Below, piece after piece: positions 51,883 through 60,915 of a stretch of DNA of 64,000 bases. Origin of the DNA: a bacterium (GTDB lineage: Bacteria; Zhuqueibacterota; Zhuqueibacteria; Residuimicrobiales; Krinioviventaceae). The number at the start of each line of letters is the position of its first letter. Position 1 is the stretch's first letter. The DNA lies in NCBI GenBank assembly GCA_963674595.2, contig CAXXFV010000027.1, positions 352,001-416,000 on the forward strand. Reading direction: 5' to 3'. The notes under the pieces are model-generated. The model searched no databases, was not told the origin of the DNA, and saw nothing but the letters and a program-made list of their open reading frames with translations. The translations under genes and the position numbers were made by a program.

Positions 51883-54800
51883 TTATTTAATTACCATAAA
51901 TCGACCAACTTTTTGCCCAATACCAGGAGCTTCAACATGATAAATGTAATTTCCAGGTGCTATATGCATATTGTCTTTCGACATGACATCCCACACGGCT
52001 GTTCCTTCGATTATTGTTGAATGGTGCTCAATTGTGTCTACAAGATAGCCTTGTACCGTAAAAATACGTATTGTGCAATCTTTTGGCAAATGAGTAAAAT
52101 GTATTTCCATTGGTCCACGACCAGCTAAATACGGACTAAAAGGTTCCCATCGTTCGGTAACTACATAGGGATTTGGGACAACCCGAATATCAGCCATTTC
52201 ATCTTTGGCATCTTTAGTATTAATATCTGTAGGTTTTACATTAAATTCATAAGTCTCACCGGGTTGAGGTGGAACATTGACACGTATTTGATAAACATCA
52301 CCCGGTTGCGGCCTTATCCGTCCTGTTGAATCACCAGAAATATCTTTTCCTTTTAAAAAATCAGAAAAATATATGTCACCTGCTGTACGATTATTTCGAT
52401 ATTCAGGACGAACGCCTCGCTTGGGTCCTAAAACAATTTGAACTACATCTTCTACTCCCCAGGTATCACTATAATCCCAGTCGATTACAGCACAGTGAAC
52501 CGTATCTTGTATGGTTGGAGAATAAATATAAAAAGGAACTTTAATTGGCACAATGTTTCTATTTAGTTTTATAGTAGTGTATACCGGTTCTTCAGTGAAT
52601 ATAATATCCAAGTCCCAATTAGGAGCGTCACTGACTGAATAAATAACGTCCATATTACATTTACTGTCTTTAGTAAATTCACTGGTTAATAAATTTTTAT
52701 CAGTCGAATAATCCATTTTGACAATTAGTCCGTCAAAATATGGAGATTCTTCATTATTTGAAGCGAATTCGGTAAAAGGACAAATTGTGTCTGCTTCAGC
52801 CCCATTATTCAAACCCAAAATTTGATAATATGGACTACTTGTCCAGCCGGAATCCGGGTAATCAAATTGTAATAAATATGTTTTTTCTTTGAGATCAAAA
52901 GGATTGAATATCTCATAATTAATAGCTGTTTTTGAAGTTGGGCCATACTGTAATTCAGTGCTTTTTATACCAGGAGGAGTATAACCGGCAGAAGCCACTG
53001 TAGGTGTTACAACAGCACAGTTCCTTGCTATGGATTCGACATTATTTAAAACGTCAATATCAATATTTACAAGACACTCGGAGGGCAGAATAGCCTGATT
53101 TTGAATTTCTTCAATTGACGTCAGGCCTTCTGGTACATAACCATAATCAAAGGATGCTAAAGCATAATAATATGTTTGACCGTTTATAACATCCTCATCG
53201 ACGTAACTGTGTTTCAGGCCGGTATCTTCCCCAAGATAAAACTGAACACCGTTATATGTACCGGGGAAAAAACCGGATATGCTATCTTTTTTATCACATC
53301 TAAATATCGGTTTTTTGTATGATATGGTACCAAACCCATCGGTTATCAACCGGGCGTCTGCAAAAGTAGGTTCTGTTGATTTATAGAGTGAATATCCTTC
53401 AAAATCATTTACTTTAAAAAATCTATCAAATGTTGATTCTGCCTCTCTATCCCAATATAAATAAACTTTGCCGTCGCCAGGATAAGCTGTTAATGTTGGA
53501 ATTTTTGGAGGTTCTGCAAATCGATAGTTGGCATTATATATTTTTTGAACTGTTTTCTTTTTACGTGCGGCATCTTCAACCTGAGCGGTTGAAGATGGAC
53601 CGGTAGCACAATAAAATGAAAAAGAGAATCTTTGAATTTGGTCAACTTCATGGACTATAGGGCCAGAGTGCCACCATGCGCCTAAATTACTGGCAAAGTA
53701 AAATTCTCCGGCATAGGTGCTGACTGTTTCCTGACACCATTGCCAAACCAGGTCATCCTGATCCTGATTTCTTCGAATACTGTAATTACCAGCCCAAAAT
53801 CCGACCAGACCTAATTGATCTCCTTCATCAAGGTCGGTTTTATCAAAATCCGGTTCACCGGAGGTAGGAATCCCGTCGCCCTCTCCTTCATCGGGTTCAG
53901 TATAAGCTTCATCAAATGGTCCAATACCATCAGCACCAACATCATCATTTAAGAGTTCACCGGGGTCCCATTGTCCGTTGCCATTATCATCGAAAAAAGA
54001 TTCCCAGTCACCATCTTCATCTCCGGACCAGTGATCGCGCTCATAATAACTTCCATTTGTTTCCTGGAGATCATCATCAAATTCACCTCTATCATTATAA
54101 TAACCTGTTGATCCATAGGTCCAAACACCGGGTCCACTATTTCTACTTTCATCAAAAATTCCGTCTCGGTCATTGTCTAATCCGTCTTTCCCAATAGTAG
54201 GACTTTCCAGATAGGCATAACAAACAGCAGGAACCGGACTATAGGCACCTGGTTGTCCTATGTTATTCTCATCATAACAGTAGGCTAAATCTAAATAACT
54301 GTGCCATCCGGCATAATCTTCGTCTTCACCGCCGATATAAAAATCTGCAAACAAAGCGACGTACATGGAATCGTATTGTGTGGTGCCTTCATTCAAAATA
54401 TCATACAGCCAGAAACAGTGAGATTCCACAAGGACGTTACTCCATTGTAAACCCCTTATATACATTTGTGTTCCCAGACCTCTGCGGCTGGGATCATTAG
54501 CATCCGGGAAAAATTGAAACTCTTCATCAGGATCATCGTCTATTACGTAATAAGCTTCCAGGTCGGCATTTTTAATTCCTTTTCCAAAGTAACCATTCCA
54601 TACTCCGGGCCATCCTGGATCAAATGAATCATCCATTTTGTCGGGCCAAATATCCGGCCATGAAAATTCATCATCACTCATGGCAGCGAGATTCTGTATA
54701 GGATTGGCAAAACCGCCGATAGGTTCATACTGCCACAGTGTCAGTCCATCCTCAGACCTGTCATCTTGAGAACCATAGGCTGTTTCACAAATTGCCTGAA

Positions 54801-55074
54801 GCTTATCATTAACATCTCGAACATGTGTCACAATAAGCGGTGCAATTCCCTGAACATGTTGATGTCCGCTGCCTTTCGGATATTCGATGACGTAGCCAAG
54901 GGCTTCGCTTGCAATGCCCCTGTTATGAAAAGGAACACGTACTAAATTAGCATCCATTACACCGTATTTTCTAAAGGAAGCGTTTCCATCCTCTTCTCTC
55001 TGGGCAAATGCCTGATAAATGGGGCATAATAACAATAAAGATATGAATAACTGTATATATGTTTTAATTTTCAT
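51883..55074 (-). CDS. Large secreted TBDR-associated protein, paralogue of 38711-42295
   Basis: Same blocks: ADLEAYYVIDD, AYLESP, DGLDNDRDG, GDGKVYLYWD, FEGYSLYKS, IRVVPNPY, GNYIYHVEAPGIG...GRFMVIK. Confidence 0.75.
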   Translation of the reverse strand: MKIKTYIQLFISLLLLCPIYQAFAQREEDGNASFRKYGVMDANLVRVPFHNRGIASEALGYVIEYPKGSGHQHVQGIAPLIVTHVRDVNDKLQAICETAYGSQDDRSEDGLTLWQYEPIGGFANPIQNLAAMSDDEFSWPDIWPDKMDDSFDPGWPGVWNGYFGKGIKNADLEAYYVIDDDPDEEFQFFPDANDPSRRGLGTQMYIRGLQWSNVLVESHCFWLYDILNEGTTQYDSMYVALFADFYIGGEDEDYAGWHSYLDLAYCYDENNIGQPGAYSPVPAVCYAYLESPTIGKDGLDNDRDGIFDESRNSGPGVWTYGSTGYYNDRGEFDDDLQETNGSYYERDHWSGDEDGDWESFFDDNGNGQWDPGELLNDDVGADGIGPFDEAYTEPDEGEGDGIPTSGEPDFDKTDLDEGDQLGLVGFWAGNYSIRRNQDQDDLVWQWCQETVSTYAGEFYFASNLGAWWHSGPIVHEVDQIQRFSFSFYCATGPSSTAQVEDAARKKKTVQKIYNANYRFAEPPKIPTLTAYPGDGKVYLYWDREAESTFDRFFKVNDFEGYSLYKSTEPTFADARLITDGFGTISYKKPIFRCDKKDSISGFFPGTYNGVQFYLGEDTGLKHSYVDEDVINGQTYYYALASFDYGYVPEGLTSIEEIQNQAILPSECLVNIDIDVLNNVESIARNCAVVTPTVASAGYTPPGIKSTELQYGPTSKTAINYEIFNPFDLKEKTYLLQFDYPDSGWTSSPYYQILGLNNGAEADTICPFTEFASNNEESPYFDGLIVKMDYSTDKNLLTSEFTKDSKCNMDVIYSVSDAPNWDLDIIFTEEPVYTTIKLNRNIVPIKVPFYIYSPTIQDTVHCAVIDWDYSDTWGVEDVVQIVLGPKRGVRPEYRNNRTAGDIYFSDFLKGKDISGDSTGRIRPQPGDVYQIRVNVPPQPGETYEFNVKPTDINTKDAKDEMADIRVVPNPYVVTERWEPFSPYLAGRGPMEIHFTHLPKDCTIRIFTVQGYLVDTIEHHSTIIEGTAVWDVMSKDNMHIAPGNYIYHVEAPGIGQKVGRFMVIK

Positions 55075-55098
55075 AAAGCCTCCACAAGATCAAATAAA

Positions 55099-57774
55099 TT
55101 AAAATTCGAATTTAAATCCAACGTTTACTAAACGTGGAGCGCTATAATAATCTTGATGGTAATAATAATCATTAATTGTATTAACACCGGTAACCAGATC
55201 ATCTGTTAACCACTTTTGATCTATGGAATATCCGGCCTTTCCAGAATCCGTATAAATTGTAATTTGATTATCAAAATCAAAAAGGTTATAAATCTTTGAA
55301 AAGAAAATAGCTTTAAATTTTGAAAATTTAAAAGTCCATGTACAATTTAAATCAAAATTTATAAAAGGGGGTTTACGTTCCGTATTTTCACGACTGGGAT
55401 AATAACCGGAAGTTTCAGGTGTGTATGGAAAACCTGATCCCATTTTACTTACTATACCAATACTCCACCTGTCTTTATCCTGTACTGTTGCTGTAAAATT
55501 CAGACTGTGTGTACGGTCCCATTCCAAAGGTATTAATTGTTTTGTAATTTCTGTGGGCGGATCTGTTTGACTTTTAAGGTAAACATCCTTTGGGTCCGAA
55601 GCATTACCTTCTGCAACCATATAAGTATAATCAACAGTTGTTGATAAAAACTGACTGCGCTGTTCAAAAGCAATAGTAAATCCGAACGTTTGGCCGTAAT
55701 CACGATTTACATATCTTGCATATCGAGCCAAAGTGGGCAGTAAGGTATATACTTCCATACCTAAAAGATTACGAATATCTTTATAATAAACTGTCATATC
55801 GACAGCCATACTTTTTGTCAGTTCATGTTGTATTCCGATTTCATAAGTTGAAGTTTTTTGAGGCTCAAGATTGGTATTTCCGATGGTGACATAAGAGTCC
55901 AATGGTATTCTGAAATCAGGATTATCATAAAGAAACTCAAATGATGGTATCTGAAAAAATAAACCATAAGACAGATGCAATACACTTTTTTCGGTAACCG
56001 GCAAAGCTATACCAAAGCGGGGACTCCATTGGCTTTTTGCAGAAGATTCAATACGTTCACTGGTTCCAGGCTTTTGCAAATTCGATGGATATACGCCATC
56101 CGGATCAAAATAATCGTAACGTAAACCAAGATTCATTATAAAATAGGACCATTCAATCTTGTCCTGAATATAAGCACTTAGTTCAAGTGGTTTTTTTGTA
56201 AATTCTGTATAATTGGGGCTGGATTTATCGACTGGCTTTGGTTTCCAGTCTGTAAGTTGACTCAATTGGATTATATAATTTTCAACATCCAATTGATGCG
56301 AGCGGCCTTCAACACCACATTTTATTTGATTCAGATTATTTGCCTGCCATGTCAAGTCTGATTTTACAATATTAGTAGTGGTTTTACGAAAATTATGACG
56401 TTGATCGTTGCCGCCCATATAAAAACCATAACCACTTGTTATTGATAATATTTCCCGAGAGGCATATCTTTCATCATAAGGACTTTCATAAACATAGGAA
56501 CTATATTCTTTACTTAAACTTGCCGCTTTCATATTGATAAAAGCGCTGGCATTAATCACATAATCGTAATGCAGCATGTGTGAACTACTATTGCTGAAAT
56601 AGTTTAATCTTCCATCCGGATTATACTTGTATTTATGTTCGTATTTAGATGATTCTCCATCTTCCAAAATATATTCATAAGTAATTTTATGGCTGTTGAA
56701 AGGTTTGGCAATTAATTTTCCATGAGCAGAAAAACTTTTGGATGAATTTAAACCAATGTTTTCTCCATCACCAGTTGCAACAATGTTCCAGTTTTCGCGA
56801 TAACGTGATAAAGCAGAAGAATCAGTAGGAGAAAAGACTCGACGTCCAAACATATAACCGTTGTTTGAGGCATAACGAAAAGAACTAAAGAAGGAAAGTT
56901 TATTCGAATAAACAGGACCAGACAATGTACCCTGAATATCACCAACATCACCAAAACTTGCTAAACTATTTAATGATACATATTCCTCAGTAAAATTTCC
57001 TCTTTTTCCTTCATTTCCATTTTTTACGACTAGTGGGATTGTTCGCCCGCTTAAATAGGCGCCCGTATATGTAGAAATCATACCGCTAAATTTCTGTTCC
57101 GGTTCTTTTGAAACAATGTTAACAATTCCCGACATAACCCGGCCATATTCGGCATTAAATGTACCACTTATAACTTCCACTTCTTCAACAGAATTAGATT
57201 CCAGATTAATCATCTGAGCGCCGGAATAGACATCATTAACAGCAAGGCCATCAACCAGATAAGCTACTTCACCGGAACGACCGCCACGAAAGTGACCATC
57301 AACAACACCTGCCTGTAAATTTACAACCTGGCCAACACTTTCAAGGTGCAAAGCTTCCATTTGTTCACTGGAAACTCTTGCAGAACTTGACGTCAAATCA
57401 GCCTGAACCAACGGACGTTCTGCGATAACGGTAACTTCCTGCCCCTCGATGATGGTTTGAGAAAGACCAATTGAAATTTTTCGTGTTACATCAACACTGA
57501 TACGAACATTCTCAATTTTCTTTGTTGTGTACCCCATAGATCTAAACAGGATATTATACGTACCGGGAGGAATATTTATTATGTAATATTCACCTTCCAA
57601 CCCGGCCGAAGCGCCCAAATTAGTCCCTTCTACCAGTATGTTTGTTCCTGGTAAAGGTTCATTTGTTTCAGCATCATAAACCTTTCCCATAATTTTACCG
57701 GTAGTAGCTGCATGCAAAAAAGACGTATGAATAATCAAAAATAATACAAACAGCCCGATTCCAGCTTTTTTCAT
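55099..57774 (-). CDS. TonB-dependent receptor
   Basis: TTGKIMGKVYD, HFRGGRSGEVAYLVDG, GTFNAEYG, SPRFG, C-terminal PRLVNVGFKFEF; GGAGG RBS. Confidence 0.92.
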   Translation of the reverse strand: MKKAGIGLFVLFLIIHTSFLHAATTGKIMGKVYDAETNEPLPGTNILVEGTNLGASAGLEGEYYIINIPPGTYNILFRSMGYTTKKIENVRISVDVTRKISIGLSQTIIEGQEVTVIAERPLVQADLTSSSARVSSEQMEALHLESVGQVVNLQAGVVDGHFRGGRSGEVAYLVDGLAVNDVYSGAQMINLESNSVEEVEVISGTFNAEYGRVMSGIVNIVSKEPEQKFSGMISTYTGAYLSGRTIPLVVKNGNEGKRGNFTEEYVSLNSLASFGDVGDIQGTLSGPVYSNKLSFFSSFRYASNNGYMFGRRVFSPTDSSALSRYRENWNIVATGDGENIGLNSSKSFSAHGKLIAKPFNSHKITYEYILEDGESSKYEHKYKYNPDGRLNYFSNSSSHMLHYDYVINASAFINMKAASLSKEYSSYVYESPYDERYASREILSITSGYGFYMGGNDQRHNFRKTTTNIVKSDLTWQANNLNQIKCGVEGRSHQLDVENYIIQLSQLTDWKPKPVDKSSPNYTEFTKKPLELSAYIQDKIEWSYFIMNLGLRYDYFDPDGVYPSNLQKPGTSERIESSAKSQWSPRFGIALPVTEKSVLHLSYGLFFQIPSFEFLYDNPDFRIPLDSYVTIGNTNLEPQKTSTYEIGIQHELTKSMAVDMTVYYKDIRNLLGMEVYTLLPTLARYARYVNRDYGQTFGFTIAFEQRSQFLSTTVDYTYMVAEGNASDPKDVYLKSQTDPPTEITKQLIPLEWDRTHSLNFTATVQDKDRWSIGIVSKMGSGFPYTPETSGYYPSRENTERKPPFINFDLNCTWTFKFSKFKAIFFSKIYNLFDFDNQITIYTDSGKAGYSIDQKWLTDDLVTGVNTINDYYYHQDYYSAPRLVNVGFKFEF

Positions 57775-57922
57775 GTAACCTCCAATATCAAATCGTCAAA
57801 ATCAAATTTTATATTAATATTGAATGACTCTTAATTTTTAATCAAAAATTTTTACAGTAAATAATTTTAAAAATTAATATTAGGCGTACTCTTGCATTTA
57901 TAAAAACCATACAAAATATGAT

Positions 57923-59017
57923 TTAATACAGTTTGACTTTAACAACAACGACTGCATGATCTCCCAACATCTTTTCTAAAGTATCCGGGGGATAAGCAGC
58001 GGGTATGATACGAGGAGAGAACTTGTCTCTTTTCACTTCCATATCTTTAACCAGGAGATAATCAATTTGGTGTTTAGCTAATTTTACTTTACCATTTTCA
58101 AAAATTTGCTGGGTTGGTTGGCCAATTTCGTTACATTCTTCAATCAAAAAGCCATTTTTTCGTAATTCAAAGAATAACCGTTCCTGAAGGATTGCATTTA
58201 AATCACCGCCCATTAAAACCGGATTTTTGGGTGAATAAATTGCCAGCTCGTTAATAATCCAATTCATTTGTTCATAACGAGTTTTAAATTGTCCTGCATC
58301 ACTCTCCAGGTGGGTTGATACAAGTGTTATATTTTGATTATTGCAGGTAACAGTAGCCATTAAAGCCATTCTACCGCCTAATCTTTTTTGGTAACTATTA
58401 TACCATTTATCAATACCAGGGAAACGAATCATTTTAACATTTTTTAAAGGATATTTGGAGAGTATAGCGTTACCGTGGAACCCCCTGTCATTAACTCCTG
58501 GGTATTTTATACGTTCTTCTTTTTCGCCATTGGTTAATTCAAGAAATTCGACACCGTATAAATAATTCATTTTTAGTGAATCAGCCATTTGCTGAGTTGT
58601 GTGTTCGTTGGCAGAACGAGCCATCCCAAAATCCATTTCACCCAGAAAAATAAAATCCGGATTTACTAAAGCAGGATGTTCATTGATAAGCTTGACACAG
58701 TCACGCCAATGACGGCCGCGTTCCATATTCCAGGCAATAATTTTAAGAGAATGACCTGTCTGGGCATTATTAAAATTATTATTCAATTCCAGTTCATTTA
58801 TTTCGGGGATGAGTGAGTTGAGTTCAGCAGGTGATAACTGATCAGTATTAAGTGAAAGTTGGGAACGTTTTTCATTAGAGATGAGTTTTAACTTAGAGAC
58901 GACTTTGGTAAAAATTTGAGGAGTTTCAGAATATGCTTTATTATCTTTCATACAACCCTGGTTTAAACCAACAACCAGAAGGATGCAGATTGACATGAGA
59001 AAGTGTCGTCTATTCAT
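57923..59017 (-). CDS. Endonuclease/exonuclease/phosphatase (EEP) family protein, exported
   Basis: AWNMERG, LGEMD, GNAILSKYP, STHLES, GGDLN, IDY and GDH motifs; N-terminus MNRRHFL. Confidence 0.85.
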   Translation of the reverse strand: MNRRHFLMSICILLVVGLNQGCMKDNKAYSETPQIFTKVVSKLKLISNEKRSQLSLNTDQLSPAELNSLIPEINELELNNNFNNAQTGHSLKIIAWNMERGRHWRDCVKLINEHPALVNPDFIFLGEMDFGMARSANEHTTQQMADSLKMNYLYGVEFLELTNGEKEERIKYPGVNDRGFHGNAILSKYPLKNVKMIRFPGIDKWYNSYQKRLGGRMALMATVTCNNQNITLVSTHLESDAGQFKTRYEQMNWIINELAIYSPKNPVLMGGDLNAILQERLFFELRKNGFLIEECNEIGQPTQQIFENGKVKLAKHQIDYLLVKDMEVKRDKFSPRIIPAAYPPDTLEKMLGDHAVVVVKVKLY

Positions 59018-59372
59018 ATTTTCTCTCAATAATAATTATTTGCAAAAATTAAATTTTTAATATAAAAACATACAAAATGATGATTATTCTTTTATGTTAC
59101 AACTCCGGTAATGCAGGTAAACGAATCCAACCAGGCCATTTCAAGATCAGGTTATTACAAAACCTGAAAAATAAAAAAACCTTGAAACGCAGCAATACTA
59201 TTTTATTTAAATTGTGAATATTTTTCCTTGCTAAATAGACAGGAAAAATATATTTTATAAAGATGAACATATAAAAAAATAAACTTTTTTATAATTCAGC
59301 AGGCCAAAAAAAATATTTTCCATAAAAAGCACATTTAATAGTAAACATGATCACTCAAGATTTCAAGTTAAT

Positions 59373-59407
59373 AACCGTTAACTGTAACGGTTAACGGTTT
59401 GTTAACG
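59373..59407. promoter_or_regulatory. Candidate operator in the divergent promoter region
   Basis: Perfect 10-bp inverted repeat AACCGTTAAC-N7-GTTAACGGTT plus a further GTTAACG at 59401. Confidence 0.5.
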
Positions 59408-59533
59408 TTTTTGATTTAACTTTTCTTAAAACAAACTTGATTATATATTAACTTGTTCTTTAAATACTATTTCGATATTGTACATTAAATATTTTATCGA
59501 TATATTCGATTCGAGATAAAATGGTAACTACAA

Positions 59534-60811
59534 ATGATTAGTAAAACACTCAAAAAGCAAATCGTCGAAAAAATTTTACAAAGTTCAGAATTCGCAAATT
59601 CAAAAACGAATAAAGATCTGTTAACGTATTTGATTAAAAATCATCTGGACGGTGAAATTCCAAATGAGACAGAAATTGCAATTGAAATTTTAAATAGAGA
59701 TAAAAGCTTTAATTCGAGTGAAGATCCGATAGTGCGTGTTCACATGCACAAGCTACGGAAGAAACTTGAAAATTATTATCAGACTGAAGGAAAAAATGAA
59801 AAAATTCATTTAGAAATACCTAAAGGAAGGTATGCTTTAAAATTTTCTACAGTCTGTCAGGATCCGGTTTCGGAGACTAAAAAAAAGCCTTACTTTTATA
59901 TTGCCATGATTGTTGTTTTATGCATTATATGCGCGGCTTTGGGATACCAGACATGGTCTCTGAATGGAAAAATGAAACAGCATTCTATAATTAGTAAAAA
60001 AGATAAAATTTGGAAAGAATTCCTGAACGGTTCTCACCAAATTCTTTTTGTTCTCGGCAACCATTTGTTTTTTTCCGAATATTCAAAAGACTTAAAAAAA
60101 TGGAGATATGTACGGGATACTGCTATAAACAGTAAAGAAGAGTTGGAAAACTTTATCAAAACATATCCCAAATTTTATGTTGAAGAAACCAATGAAGCAT
60201 ACTTTCCGGATAGCGGTATCTTTGGTATGTCACCGTTACTTTACACACTGTATCCTGTTCGTAATAAAATAATCTTTCGCCGTGCAATGGACGTTACACC
60301 GGCTTTTCTTCGCGAGTATGATATACTTTTTGTGGGCAGTATTAAAACACTTGGAATATTAAACCAAATTTTTTCCGCCTCAAACTTTAAATACCATGTT
60401 AGACCTAATGAATTATTTTTTACTCCTCCGGAAACCCCTCTGGCCCGCAGTGATTATTCAAAAAAGATTTTTTATACAAATCCGGAAACACTTAAAACCG
60501 ACACGCTTGAAACAACATTTAACAACTATACCGGTTACAATCGTGATCTTGCTGTTGTATTAAAAGTTCCTGGTCCGATGAAAAACACAATCTTTATTAT
60601 CTCTTCCTTCTTTTCATCCGGAGCACCGGAAGTTGCTAAATATCTGACAGATAAAAACACTCTTGAACAAATAGAACAGAGATTTATCGAAAAATATACT
60701 TATGTTCCAGACTATTTTGAAATTCTATTCGAAGTTAGAGGAATTGAAAAAACGGGGCTTTCAACCAAGATCATCTACTTTAACGAACTTGTGAATGCCA
60801 ACATCTGGTAA
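59534..60811 (+). CDS. Membrane-anchored one-component transcriptional regulator (N-terminal winged-helix-like domain, TM helix, periplasmic sensor)
   Basis: ILQSSEFANS...LLTYL...ETEIAIEIL...DPIVRVHMHKLRKKLENYY...IPKGRY N-domain; single TM segment (YFYIAMIVVLCIICAALG). Confidence 0.75.
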   Translation: MISKTLKKQIVEKILQSSEFANSKTNKDLLTYLIKNHLDGEIPNETEIAIEILNRDKSFNSSEDPIVRVHMHKLRKKLENYYQTEGKNEKIHLEIPKGRYALKFSTVCQDPVSETKKKPYFYIAMIVVLCIICAALGYQTWSLNGKMKQHSIISKKDKIWKEFLNGSHQILFVLGNHLFFSEYSKDLKKWRYVRDTAINSKEELENFIKTYPKFYVEETNEAYFPDSGIFGMSPLLYTLYPVRNKIIFRRAMDVTPAFLREYDILFVGSIKTLGILNQIFSASNFKYHVRPNELFFTPPETPLARSDYSKKIFYTNPETLKTDTLETTFNNYTGYNRDLAVVLKVPGPMKNTIFIISSFFSSGAPEVAKYLTDKNTLEQIEQRFIEKYTYVPDYFEILFEVRGIEKTGLSTKIIYFNELVNANIW

Positions 60812-60915
60812 AAAGTTATACTAACAACTTGAACTCTTGATGAGAAAAAATCAAAATTAACAGATAAAACTGTTTTAACATCTGCATTTTCAGACCAGAA
60901 TTTAAGGAGCAGTAT

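Noticed and set aside
349-57000. Numerous 60-150-aa ORFs antisense to or overlapping the long genes (e.g. 349-687, 4752-5192, 20555-20773, 44561-44959)
   Set aside because: Shadow ORFs of well-supported CDSs, with no recognisable motifs.
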